Below the pieces are notes generated by a model. It searched no databases and was not told where the DNA came from. It saw only the letters and a list, made by a program, of their open reading frames with translations. From positions 5,394,001 through 5,458,000 of the forward strand of contig NC_043009.1 in the NCBI RefSeq assembly GCF_006345805.1: DNA of 64,000 nucleotides. Direction: 5' to 3'. Origin of the DNA: Octopus sinensis. Lineage: Eukaryota. Below are positions 38,546 to 50,628 of the stretch, in pieces (positions within the stretch are counted from its first letter, which is position 1; the number at the start of each line of letters is the position of its first letter). Position numbers and translations under genes: made by a program.

Positions 38546-41247
38546 TGGCGAATTCAAAATCAGTTTCTTCGAGAGATATTCTCATATGTCAAAACATTTG
38601 AAGCAAAACTTCTCCAGATGGAGAATCGATTCAGGACGGCTGATAATCTCCATCCATTTCCTCTCACTAGCTATTCACAGTTAGTCTGGAAACAATTGTT
38701 ATGCTGTGGAATTAAATGAGGTGAGTAAAGAACATTAATGATTTGAGAAAAGAAAATAACAAATTTATGAACCTCAATTCTAGAAAAATGGAGTTAAATC
38801 TTTTTGGAAATCCATTTAATGTTGACTTTGAAAACACAAGAAAGGAATTAAAACTGGAAATAACTGAAGTTTGACGTGATAAAGTTTTTCGGCGAAAAAT
38901 TCCAAGGGAAATGTTTCTTGCAGATTTATGGAACTTTTGCCGAAGAAACTACTCCAAAATAGCGTGTCTTGTTCGACGATATGCCACAATGTTTGATAGT
39001 ATGTATTGATGCGAACAACCGTTTTTAGAAGGAAAATAATGATGTCGAAAACTAGGTCAAGATTGACAGATATTCATCTCGGAGGCAATTTAAAAGTTCC
39101 TACATCGTAAATATCTGTCAAAATTAGACAAGTTCAAAAATTGCAACGCCGTGCTTCTCGCCAAAATGTGTGAGTAAATTATTTCTATGTACGTCAAAGA
39201 CACATGAATAATAAATTGTAAATTTCTTCTGTGTTTTGATGAAGAGTGTTTTAGTAAATGTATTTTGCCAACTTTGTTCTGTACTATTTACATTCATACG
39301 CTCTACGAACCTTGTTAGATCCCGTTAAGTTTCTTCTGATTGCTTTCTTTTATATTTAGTTCTTCCTCCTTTTCTCGTTGCTATAGATTATATCAGCTTC
39401 CATAAAACAAATTCATAACAATGCTGTTTCTTGAAATTTTAATCTTTCATTGAAGGTAACGTTTTCAGCAATTTAAGCCATTGACGAATTTCCCGAAGGA
39501 ATATCTTACGAGTAAAAGATTTTTTTTCTTAAGAAAGAGGGAGAAAATTCAATATATATAATTTCGTCTCTGCCGAATAACAATAATATTTCTTATGAAA
39601 ACAATTTTTTATGCAGAGGGATAATCTGTTTTCACTCGAAACTTCCGTTGAGAGGGTCTACTTTTGTCGCCTACCTACTGCAAGAAGCAATCAAATCTAC
39701 TTCAAATGAGACTCCACAACTTTCAGCAAAGAAGATTTTAAATAATGTCAACAGATACATAACTACAACAAAAACAATAATAATAATAATAATAATAACT
39801 CGTCGCAATAATCATTCGTGGAATGAATTTGCTACAGACGCAGACATACATCTTTGATTAAGAAAGTCACTTTACAACCACGCTGGTTGAAATTGAATCG
39901 TATTGAACGGCATTGTGGGCAAGTGTATTCTAATATATCGTAGCCAAGGTAACGAATGCCTTGTTAATGAACTTGGTCGAACCTGTAAAGAATGAATGGC
40001 ACCCCACATGTGTGTGTGTCTGTGTGTGTGTGTAACTATATGTATAAATATTAGCAAATTAGCATTTGTTTTTATCATAGTCGGAATGTGCGTTGAACAA
40101 TAAAACTACATTTTTTTTCGAACGCATAATTGTCGTTTCAGCTGCAAAAATACTAGGTAAATTACACTTAGAAAGTGGGAAAATTGCTCTAAAACCAGGA
40201 TTCGAACCCATAACCTGCAGAGATTCCGAACGAGTGCTTTAACATTAAGCTAAACTGCCTGCTGACAAATTCATCCGCGATTTTAGACACTAAAGAGCTA
40301 AGTGTACAACTAAGTGGAAATATGAACAAACTAAAATTTATTTATATGTGTCCATATGTGTATTGAAGGATACAAATTAGATAATTGATATTAGAACAGC
40401 AGAAAGAGTAAATTATCCTTACAATTTTTTCGCTTTGTGAGGGCAGTATTTCTGTTCTAACGGCAATTCTGCGTTCGAAAAAATATCTAATTTGTATCGT
40501 GCAATAAATATATACAGTATGCATATATGCGTGTGTACCGTTGTGCGGGTGCTGGAGGTTGTGCCTTCATGTTTGTCAATACTCAAAATTTGACAAATGT
40601 TGTGGGTTTGTTTACGTTCGGTAAAACGATATCATAAATACCAATCTCAAATAAGGGTGGGTTTCATCGACTAAGTCATTCAAAGCGATGTGCCAGTATG
40701 ACTACAACAAGTAAAAAGAGAAATATATGTTTTCCTAAACAAGGTTCATATACAATCTCCCTCTTTCAGACACCTCTGTCAACAGTAACAACTCTGATAA
40801 TCCTCGACTCAACGAAGTTTCATAAAGTAGTCGATGGATCAAATCACACTTGGAACAGTAATCGGTTCAGTTGAAAAGCAAAAACTGGTCATGGATAAAA
40901 TGAATGTGATAATATATTTCATATAAGGAAAATTGTCAACAAGAATCTTACAACAATACTTATTGATAATTATTGTAAACAAAGCATTTGTATGCTAAGC
41001 CATGACTTCATCATGTCATATGCCTCTAAGAAGCAGAATTTTAAGATATATGGAATCTCATGTCTTCCCTAATTCAATTTAGAGCCCAATGCGTCAGCGT
41101 GGAAGTTCGTATGGGGCCACTGGAATACGAGATATCTCGTTCCACAAGTATCACCCTTTTGGAAAGCTTGAGTAGAGTTTATTCCAAGATAGCCTTTCTC
41201 GCCACAATGCTAAATATGGAGTTCAAATTTTTGACACAATACCAAGA

Positions 41248-41420
41248 ATTTCGGGGGGGGGGAGTAAGTCGATTATATCGATTCCATTACTCCAACTGGT
41301 ATTTATTTTAGCGATCCCGAAGAGATCGTTGTTAAAGTCGATCTCGGTGGGATTTGAACTCCGAACGTAAAGACGAAATGTAGCATAACATTTTGCTTAG
41401 CATGTTACTCATCTCGCCGT
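41248..41420 (-). mobile_element. Decayed SINE family A
   Basis: gtaagtcgattatatcgattcc...aaagtcgatctcggtgggatttgaactccgaacg. Confidence 0.7.
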
Positions 41421-42164
41421 CTTCACACAATGTTATCTAATCATGACTAGAATGAAATTTGGTTATAGATCTGTTCCGTTCTAGTTTGGTTTGAATATAT
41501 CCAACGACTAGAACAACAATCAAACAATCACATAACAATTATACGAGTTGCCTACATTTTTGTCTATGTAGCTTGCCATTAGCAGATTAAATATTCAAAT
41601 AAATAGTCAATGTTCTCCTGCAAACATCCAATATGAATATCCATATTTCAACATCTCATTTATAAACTAACACAAGGAAAAAGAGATTGCATCAACTTAA
41701 AGAATTAATCATCTTTCTTCGCAACAGCACATTGTGAACATGAATAAATAAACAAATAATATATATTCGAATTTTATAAGTGGCAAGCGGCATCGAGTCA
41801 GATGTAATCTTCCATTAAAGTCGATGCAGATTAATCTCAAATTGAATCTATTTCACTTCAGTTACACATGCAATATTTCTCAGAAATGCAATGGGCATCA
41901 ATTGTCTCTCATCTTTCATAGCTAAGAGAAAGTGACTTAATACCAGGCAATTAGACACTAATATTTCTCAGATTATATTTTTTCCGTTGAGTAATGTTAA
42001 ACGGGGAAATTTCAGCTAATATTAAAGCTCTACAATCACTTGACATGCCAAAAAATAACGGTTTAGAGCGCCCTGATACATTGTATGTTACGCTTGAAAA
42101 AATAAGAAAAAATACGCTGGGATTCGACTGACAAGTGGCAAAACACAAAACATCAATGGTCATA

Positions 42165-42365
42165 TACCGGTTTCACATTTTGGTACAAGGCCAGCATTTT
42201 TGAGGAAGGGAGTAAGGCGATTACATCCCAATGTTTAAGTAGTATTTATTTTGTCTACATCGAAAGGATGAAAAGCAAAGTCGACCTCGCCGGAATTTTA
42301 AAACAGAACGTAAATACCAGACAAAATGCTGCAAAACATTTTGTCCGGTGTACCAGCTAGCTGCC
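42165..42365 (-). mobile_element. Decayed SINE family A
   Basis: ggtacaaggccagcattttt...gaaaggatgaaaagcaaagtcgacctcgccggaatt...ccagctagctgcc. Confidence 0.75.
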
Positions 42366-42907
42366 TTGCAATGCCCATATATTAAACCTACTATAGTTAA
42401 TATAGATGCGAACGATTGACAAGTTAGAAGTAACAGTATAGTCTTCCATTTCGCATCCTATCATCTTTTTTTTCTTTTTCAAATAAAGCAATAAAAACCA
42501 TATCCGATCAGGGCTACCGTATTGCAAAACAAATATAACTTTGCACATATTATATAGATAATATATCTAATACAGATGAAATATTTAATCGCAACATACT
42601 AGTGGTAATTAAATCAGCTACATCCCTCAGGCGTAATTTTGTACATTTATGCTAATATAAAGCATTATCATATAGTTCCTATTCAGTACAGTTATAGCTA
42701 GTAAATGCCTTCAGGTATTGAGAGGTTGACACATTATTCTCTCGCAGTTTTCTCTAACGATTAAGTGTGGAAGACGGCTTGCTTCATACTAAGCACAACA
42801 ATTCATTCATTAAATATAGTACATTGTTGCCAGGACTCGGTTAGTTTATTTGCATTTTTGGAAATTTTAACATATTTAATGTACTGAGGATCAAATCTAC
42901 ATACTGG

Positions 42908-43100
42908 ATTTAAATTTTGGCACAAGGCCATTAATTTCAGAGAAGGGGCAAGTCGGTTGCATTGAACCCCACCCCCACCTCAGTTTTCCACTGCCACTTA
43001 TTTATCGATCGGGGTAGGATGAAAGGTACAGTCGATTTCGGCAGAAGTTCATCTCACAACGCATTTTATCCGGCGTGGTAACAATTCAGCCAACTCACTG
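42908..43100 (-). mobile_element. Decayed SINE family A
   Basis: ggcacaaggccattaatttc...ggatgaaaggtacagtcgatttcggcag...cggcgtggtaac. Confidence 0.7.
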
Positions 43101-43151
43101 ATTTAAATTAAATCGACATATTAACCAATAATTAATAGGATTTCAGTTAAT

Positions 43152-43575
43152 AGGGCAGCGAGCTGGCAGAATCGTTAGCACGTCGGTCAAAATAGTTGGC
43201 GGCATTTCGATCGTCTTCACGTTGAGTTCAAACTCTGCCGAGGTCGATTTAGCATTTCTCCCATTCGGGGTCTATACAATAACTACGATTTGAACGATTG
43301 GGTAATCGACTTACCCCTTGATCAAAATTGCTGGCCTTGTGCCAAGATTTGAAACCATTATTATTTGAGTTAATAAGGCACCAAGCTGCTAGAATCGATA
43401 GCACGACGGGCAAAATACTTTCTGTCTTTATGTTCTGAGTTCATATCCTGCATTGGTTGACTTTGACTTTTATAATTTTGGGCCGATGAAATACGTACTG
43501 GTTGAGGAGTAGGTTGGATGCTATCGACTTACCCCCGCCCTCCGAATTTGTTGACTTTGCGCCAAAATTTGAAAC
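43152..43575 (+). mobile_element. Two adjacent decayed SINE family A monomers (about 43152-43360 and 43372-43575)
   Basis: Two heads (gcagcgagctggcagaatcgttagcacg; gcaccaagctgctagaatcgatagcacg), each followed by core and a ccttgtgcc/tttgcgccaaaatttgaaacc tail. Confidence 0.78.
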
Positions 43576-43717
43576 CTAAATTATTTCAGCTAACGCCCCT
43601 GTTATATATTTCGATGATGTTAGACCCGATATGACAAGGTATGCTATAGTGTTCTTGTTGCTGTTGTGGTAGTTGATGATGAAGATGATGATAGAGGGCC
43701 AATATTTCCAAATAGAG

Positions 43718-44335
43718 GGTGGAGAGCTGGCAGAAACGTTAGCACGTCGGGCGAAATGCGCAGCCGTATTTCGTCTGACGTTACGTTCTGAGTTCAAATT
43801 CCACCGACGTCGACTTTGACTTTCATCCTTTCAGGGTCGATAAATTAAGTACCTGTTACGCACTGGGGTCGTTGTAATCGACTTAATCCGTTTGTCTTTC
43901 CTTGTTTGTCCCCTCTGTGTTTATCCCCTTGTGGGTATTAAAGAAACAGATATTTCGTCTGCCACTACGTTCTGGATTCAAATTACGCCAAGGTCGACTT
44001 TGCCTTTCATCATTTCGGGGTCGATAAATTAAGTACCAGTTACGCACTGGCGTCGATGTAATTGATTTAATCCATTTGTCTGTCCTTGTTTGTCCCTTCT
44101 ATGTTTAGCCCCTTGTGGGCAGTAAAGAAACAAGAAACGCTTGCCCGCAGGGTGAAATGCTTAGCGTTATTTCGTCTGTCTTTATGTTCTGAGTTCAAAT
44201 TTCACCGAGGTTGACTGTGCCCTTCATTCTTTTGGGCTCGATAAATTAAGCACCAGTTGAGTACTGGGGATCGATCTAATCGACTTTCCCCATCCCGCAA
44301 AATTTTGGGCCTTGTGGCTTGAGAAGAAAAGAATA
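43718..44335 (+). mobile_element. Trimeric SINE family A
   Basis: Unit 1 has a full head and runs to 43949. Headless unit 2 spans 43950-44134. Unit 3 restarts at the A-box (aaacg...) at 44135. Confidence 0.9.
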
Positions 44336-44834
44336 TTTCCATATAAAGCTCTAATTTTTTTATCTTAGTCTTTTAATTTTCCTCCACAGCATACTGCCAC
44401 AATCATAAATCTTAGTTTTCCTGTAGATGGCGTGACCGAGTAATTTAGAATAGTTCATTTTCAAAGTTAAATTAAATTTTCTAAGAGAAACATTTTGCAC
44501 TGTGGTACAGTTAATTCCCAGTTTTTCTAAGAATACCTCAGCAAGTATGGTTTCATTCTTACAAAACTGGTCTAGAATTATCTGCTATACCTGATTCAAA
44601 AATATCAGTCGTTAATTAGTATATCCTTTTTAACTTCGATGCAGCATTATTATGATTACTTTTTTCTGTACTTCTTTAAATATGATAGCATCACTTTTAT
44701 GTTCTAAGATATTTGGCAAAGCATTTAAACTAATTAATTGAAAGCTGTGAAAATATACAAAAACTGCTTAAAGTACAAAAACGTATTTTGGATTTAAAAG
44801 ATACTACTGTTTTCAATATTTCCTACCTACAAAA

Positions 44835-45245
44835 GGCGGCGAGCTGGCAGAGACGTTAGCGCGCCGGCCTAAATGCTTTGCGGTATTTCGGCTGCCGCTA
44901 CTTTCTGAGTTTAAATTCCACCGAGGTCGACTTTGCCTTTCATCCTTTCGGGGTCGATAAATTAAGGACCAGTTACGCACTGGGGTCGATATAATCGACT
45001 TAATCCGTTTGTCTGTCCTTGTTTGTCCCTTCTGTGTTTAGCCCCTTGTGGGGAGTAGAAAATAGGTATTTCGTCTGCTGCTACGTTCCGAGTTCAAATT
45101 CCGCCGAGGTCGACTTTGCCTTTCATCCTTTCGGGGTCGATTAACTAAGTACGAGTTACGTACTGGGGTCGATATAATCGACTTAATCCGTTTGTCTGTC
45201 CTTGTTTATCCTCTCTGTGTCTAGCCCCTTGTAGGTAGTAAAGAA
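44835..45245 (+). mobile_element. Dimeric SINE family A
   Basis: Full head at 44835; junction gaaaatag|gtatttcgtctg near 45066; second body ends gtaggtagtaaagaa. Confidence 0.9.
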
Positions 45246-46458
45246 CTATGCATCTAGTGTGGAATCATATCGTATTATATTCTGGTATAAGATCTAATAT
45301 TAATGAACATGTTCTTCTATGTTTACAACAATTAGGTAAGATTATAAGGGGATACGTTTACTATATAAATTGTCTATCGATATGAAATAGATTCTCTTTC
45401 ATCCAGTTGTCTTAAACCAGGGTCTAATAACCAGGCATCTCATCTCATTAGTAATTCATTAATATTGTTTTTCTTCATGGTCTTATTATTTCTTCATTCT
45501 GAACGAACGCCAAATTAAATGATATCAAGCTCTCAGGCTAATAGAGGGCATTCGTAAATCATTTTGGCTGGCAAATTCACCAGATTTTCCTGGACAATCA
45601 GGAAATCGCAGTATAATAGCTATGTCTAAAAGGCAACTGCTTTGTTACACAGTTAAATCCAGAAAATTAACGTTAAAGGATATATATGACCTATAATTCT
45701 GCCATATATTTCATAGTGGTGACATTCATCAAATCATAAAACATTTACTAAGTATTATAAATTCGAATTAGGATGCTAGCTGCAAATCCATTCAGATTCA
45801 CATTTTAGTATTTTCCACACTATGCATCGTTCATACAACCACTAAATAACGCCCTATAGGTATACTTACTAGAACCGTCATTACTTAATACGAATGACTC
45901 TATATTAAATTGTTTAACAGACTGATAACGAATTTATTTAACCAAGCATAATGTAAGCTAATTAGGTTGCAACCTAATTACGCACACATTCGCGTATGCA
46001 CGCTCAAGCATACACACATGCACACATGTATAAATTCATATACATAAATGAACTAAAGCACAAATATACACACGTAAGCATATATATGTGCGTGTATAAA
46101 CACGCACCCACATATATATATATATGCATGTATATATGTGTATATGTGTGCATATATGTATATATGCTCGCGTATGGATTGATAAACCTTATAGATGCAT
46201 GCATATGTACGTATTTTAATTTACGCATGTTCCATCATGTGTCCTTTCGGTGAACTCGCTGAGACGAAATTTCTTGCAACTAATTTTTTCTAGGTCATGC
46301 CGTTAATGAAATTCTAAGTTGGCAGATTGCAAAGCACTGCTACATTGTAATTGAAAAGAATGAAAAAGTACTAAGACTTCGCATTCTATTTCTTTCAACG
46401 TATTTTTTCACTCTGTAAACCCATTTCCCATTCATCTCACTTTAAGTTCTTTTGTAAC

Positions 46459-46459
<1 letters not shown>

Positions 46460-46541
<82 letters not shown>

Positions 46542-46598
46542 TATATATATATATAATATATATATATAAATATATATGTATAATATATATATATTATA

Positions 46599-46659
<61 letters not shown>

Positions 46660-46675
46660 TATATAATATATAATA

Positions 46676-46753
<78 letters not shown>

Positions 46754-46800
46754 TATATATATATATATGTATATATATGTATATATATATATGTATATAT
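46460..46800. repeat. (TA)n-dominated microsatellite
   Basis: Direct inspection. Confidence 0.95.
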
Positions 46801-47432
46801 TTGGGTATACAAAAAGAAGAGAGCACTGAAAAGAGACAGAGGAACACAAAGATATATAATGAATGCAGATGTATACACACACCAGCATTTCTTTAGAGTT
46901 AGAGACATTTTTGTCTGTATATCTGTCTGTCTACAGAGTATATATACGCTCATATATACATACATATCTTTTATATTTTATCTTTTATCTCATACCAATT
47001 CCAGTTATTAGACTGTAGCCATGCTGGGACATCGCCTTAAATAATTTTAGTGGAATGTACTGTCATTTCTTATGCCTTGTACTTATTCTATTGCCGAACA
47101 CTTAGGGTACAGAGGATACAAATGCATCAGTACCCGTTGTCAAGTGGTGGATTGGGACAAACACGGACACAAAGATACACACACACAGGCACAAACACAC
47201 GCGCGCTCACACACACACATACACATATATGTATACATACGTATATGCGACGAGCTTCTTTCAGTTACCATTTACTGTGTCCACTCACAAAGATTTGGTC
47301 AGCCTGAGGACATCATTCAAGTCACTTAAAGGTGTCATCCCAGTAGAACTGAACGTGGAACCAGGTGATTCGGAAGCAAACTTCTTACGAGATACCCACG
47401 TATATATCTATATATGCATACACGTATACACA

Positions 47433-47492
<60 letters not shown>

Positions 47493-47697
47493 CTCTTTAC
47501 TCTTTTGCTCTTTTACTTATTTCTGTCATTTGACTGCGGCCACGCTGGAGCACCGTCTCTAGTCGAGCAAATCGACACCAGGACTTATTCTTTTTAAGCC
47601 TAGTACTTATTCTATTGGTCTGTTTTGCTGTATCGGGAGCGTAAACACACCAGCATCGGTTGTCAAGCGATGTTGGGAGGACAAACACAGACACACA

Positions 47698-47765
<68 letters not shown>

Positions 47766-47971
47766 CTCTTTACTCTTTTGCTCTTTTACTTATTTCTGTC
47801 ATTTGACTGCGGCCACGCTGGAGCACCGTCTCTAGTCGAGCAAATCGACACCAGGACTTATTCTTTTTAAGCCTAGTACTTATTCTATTGGTCTGTTTTG
47901 CTGTATCGGGAGCGTAAACACACCAGCATCGGTTGTCAAGCGATGTTGGGAGGACAAACACAGACACACAA

Positions 47972-48025
<54 letters not shown>

Positions 48026-48170
48026 GTATATATATACGTCTACCAAATCCACTCACAAGGCTTTGGTCGGCCCGAGACTATAGCAGAAAACACTCGCCCA
48101 AGGTGCCACGCAGTGGGCCTGAACCCGGAACCATGTTTCGTAAGATAGCTACTTACCACACAACCACTCC
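47493..48170 (-). mobile_element. Bipartite SINE family B with its second module duplicated in tandem (273 bp period)
   Basis: Identical non-repeat sequence begins at 47493 and 47766 (ORF-track pairs 47497/47770 and 47625/47898). The head is at ~48035-48170. Confidence 0.9.
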
Positions 48171-48174
48171 TCCG

Positions 48175-48210
<36 letters not shown>

Positions 48211-48879
48211 CATAGAGAGAGAAAGAGAAAGAGATAAATAGATAGATAGATAGATAAATAGACAGATAGATAGATAGATAGATACTTCTATATATATTTG
48301 TGTGTGTCTTTGTGCTTGTGTTGTGCTTTTCTTACGAAACAGTTTTTTTTAATATTTTGCCCTCTTAACGTAACAGTTCGTCAAAAGTATAAGCAACAGG
48401 TTTACAAACGAGCACTGCAGTCGATTTGTTTAACTAACCCTGTAAAGCATAGAATTGCATGGACGTGGGCATAAATATGTGTGTGTGTGAGAGAGAGAGG
48501 GAGTATGTATGAGTGTGTGTGTTTATGTGTGCATATGTATGTATACGTTTTGTATTCAGTCAGTCACTTGAGATTGTATGTATAACTGGAGGAACACATC
48601 TCTACATTACTCCAGTGTATACGGATATGTCGTTATACATTGTACACAGTCGTGCTATCACCGAGCCTACCTTAGTTCTTTCACTAGTTAGATACATGGT
48701 TCTCACGAATGTTGGAAAAAATGTATGTATGTATGTACGTATATATATATATATATATTACATATGTTGTATGTGTATGCTTATGTTCTGTGTGTTTGGG
48801 CTGGTGTGTGTAGGGATATGTGCTCGTGTAAGAAAATAATTGTAATTACAAAAATGAGATGAAAATTATAGCATAAAAA

Positions 48880-49090
48880 AGACATTTCCTTGCAGATTTC
48901 GGATGTGAAACGTGGAATAATTGAATAAAGAATACAATGGACGATGGGATTTACAAGGAAAAATAAGAGAATGTTATTCTGAGCAACAAACGTTAATCTA
49001 ATGAGACAAAGTGAAATATAAGAACTGTAAGAGACGAACAACGGATTTGGAAACATGGAGTGAAGAATACATTTTTGGCAAAAAAATATA
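48880..49090 (+). pseudogene. Possible decayed RTE-type LINE fragment
   Basis: FGCETW followed by RML and DKVK pieces resemble the RTE motif LYGCETW...MLR...DRIRN; very degraded. Confidence 0.3.
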
Positions 49091-49468
49091 CCTTCCAAGT
49101 AGAATGTTGAGATAAAATTGAAAGTAATCTTCTGTTTTGTTTAGTTATATAAATCCTATATATACAACTAAAAGCGCATTTTGCTTCGTTTCACGAATGG
49201 TATTAATGGCGTACAATTATACACTAGGACATACGAGAACCCACATTCTGAAATCACAGGTACACTTACATGTAGACGGCGGCCAGCTGGGGTATTGCTT
49301 TGAAGTATTTAGTTGAGAAAATCAACCATACTAGAAATTTTGATTTTTTAAAAATCTGGAACTTCTTGTGGTTAATATCACTGAATCATTAGCACACAGA
49401 GACATGAAAGCATTAATACCATTGGCGACCGTTGAGATGTAGGAGCAGGGAAAATGCGCACATGTATA

Positions 49469-49674
49469 CGAGAGGTCACAGAAAAGTTCCTGGCATTAAG
49501 GGAATCGCGAAACACCTGGCTAGAGACCCAACCCTCCTAGTTCTTTTAGAGGGTTTAGAAAAAATCTGAAGGACCACTGCAATAAGTGTGTGAATCTGAA
49601 ACTGTAATATCATAATTAACTCATCCACCTATATTTTGTTTTACTCAAAGACAGAAACTTTTCAGCACCTCTCG
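49469..49674 (+). mobile_element. Mariner-derived MITE with TA TSD
   Basis: ta|cgagaggtcacagaaaagttcc ... gaaacttttcagcacctctcg|ta. Internal LKDHCNKCVNL resembles the mariner C-terminus. Confidence 0.85.
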
Positions 49675-49697
49675 TATATATATACTTATGTATGTGT

Positions 49698-49747
<50 letters not shown>

Positions 49748-49780
49748 GCGTGCCAGCATGCATACCTACATATATATATG

Positions 49781-49937
49781 AAAATTATAATTAACGTTAT
49801 CTAAGAGATACCACCATGCTAGTTTATTTTGTCTTCCCTCCTGGTGCTGTATGAATATCCAATGTCATTTTAGAGTCAAGTTTTGGCTGCTATTTCTAGC
49901 ATGGTGGTATCTCTTAGATACCCTTAATTATAATTTT
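49781..49937. mobile_element. MITE with ~40 bp TIRs (TTAA-flanked, possibly Kolobok-like)
   Basis: aaaattataattaacgttatctaagagataccaccatgctag ... ctagcatggtggtatctcttagatacccttaattataatttt. Confidence 0.75.
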
Positions 49938-50067
49938 AATAATAATTATTAGCTTTTGAGGTTTTCAGTGCCACGCTGGCCACTTGATAAAATCGGTATT
50001 TTAAATAACGATCTTATGCTTATATATATAAATTTATACATATACATATATATATATATATATATAA

Positions 50068-50127
<60 letters not shown>

Positions 50128-50215
50128 GTTTCAATTTTCCTGTAACAAGCGGATTATAAGTGGATAAAACAGTGTATTTGGCTTTAGAATACCCTCTTTA
50201 GCCCTTAATTATATG

Positions 50216-50252
<37 letters not shown>

Positions 50253-50293
50253 ATATCTGTAAATGTAATATGTGACAATTATCTGGTAGCCAT

Positions 50294-50352
50294 GATAAAA
50301 CTGACTTTCGGATGCCGAGGTGGAAATCCACGCTACCATCTCTTCAGTTATC
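50294..50352 (-). ncRNA. Second, more decayed hammerhead-like motif in the left arm
   Basis: Minus strand reads GAUAA-CUGAAGA-GAUG GUAGC GUGG AUUU CCAC CUCGG CAUCC-GAAAGUCAGUU-UUAUC; stem III is damaged. Confidence 0.4.
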
Positions 50353-50410
50353 CGGCCATCGGAAAAATCCCGCTATATTTCTTTTTTACATAGCGTTTTT
50401 CCGATGGCCA

Positions 50411-50471
50411 GATAACTGAAGAGATGGTGGCGTCGATTTCCACCTCGGCATCCGAAACTCGGAGTTTTATT
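50411..50471 (+). ncRNA. Type I hammerhead-ribozyme-like motif
   Basis: GAUAA-CUGAAGA-GAUG(...)CAUC-C-GAA-ACUCGGAGU-U-UUAUU. The core is intact, stem I is GAUAA/UUAUU, stem II is GAUG/CAUC with a bulged C, stem III is quasi-palindromic, and the cleavage triplet is GUU. Confidence 0.55.
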
Positions 50472-50568
50472 TTGGCTACCGAATATTGGCACATATTACA
50501 TTTACAGATAAATTCCTCTATTTACATAATTTCGAGTTCTCTTTCTTTTGTTATCGTACCGTTTTTAT

Positions 50569-50628
<60 letters not shown>

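Larger units (their letters stand above)
37489..39180 (+). pseudogene. hAT transposon remnant (Charlie/SPIN/Buster-like), transposase C-terminus ~38545-39170
   Basis: Translation across stops gives VKTFEAKLLQ, LNLFGNPFNVD, LKLEITE, LWNFC, FDSMY*CEQPF and SKTRSRLTDIHL (hAT dimerisation domain). A possible 5' TIR cagtcgttggcaaactgcggac is at 37489; its link to the coding fragment is inferred. Confidence 0.75.
50254..50511. mobile_element. Fold-back element, ~123 bp arms and 13 nt loop, probably inverted Penelope-like pseudo-LTRs
   Basis: 50254-50376 is the reverse complement of 50390-50511 with scattered mismatches. Each arm carries a hammerhead-like motif. Confidence 0.85.

Noticed and set aside
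38675-38726. Apparent exon ending GAG|gtgagt (SGNNCYAVELNE)
   Set aside because: It lies in frame within the decayed hAT transposase (HF.SL...YAVELNE..KE), so it is better explained as TE sequence.
40190-40265. tRNA-like sequence on the minus strand
   Set aside because: A- and B-box-like motifs are present, but no full cloverleaf could be built. It is most likely a decayed SINE head rather than a tRNA gene; tRNAscan-SE would settle it.
41993-42133. 46-aa plus-strand ORF MLNGEISANIK...LGFD
   Set aside because: It is short with no recognisable motif or splice context, and cannot be separated from chance or an old TE fragment.
43718-45245. Regularly repeated ~180 bp units as a CRISPR-like or satellite array
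   Set aside because: The units are SINE bodies with Pol III boxes and no unique spacers, in a eukaryotic context.
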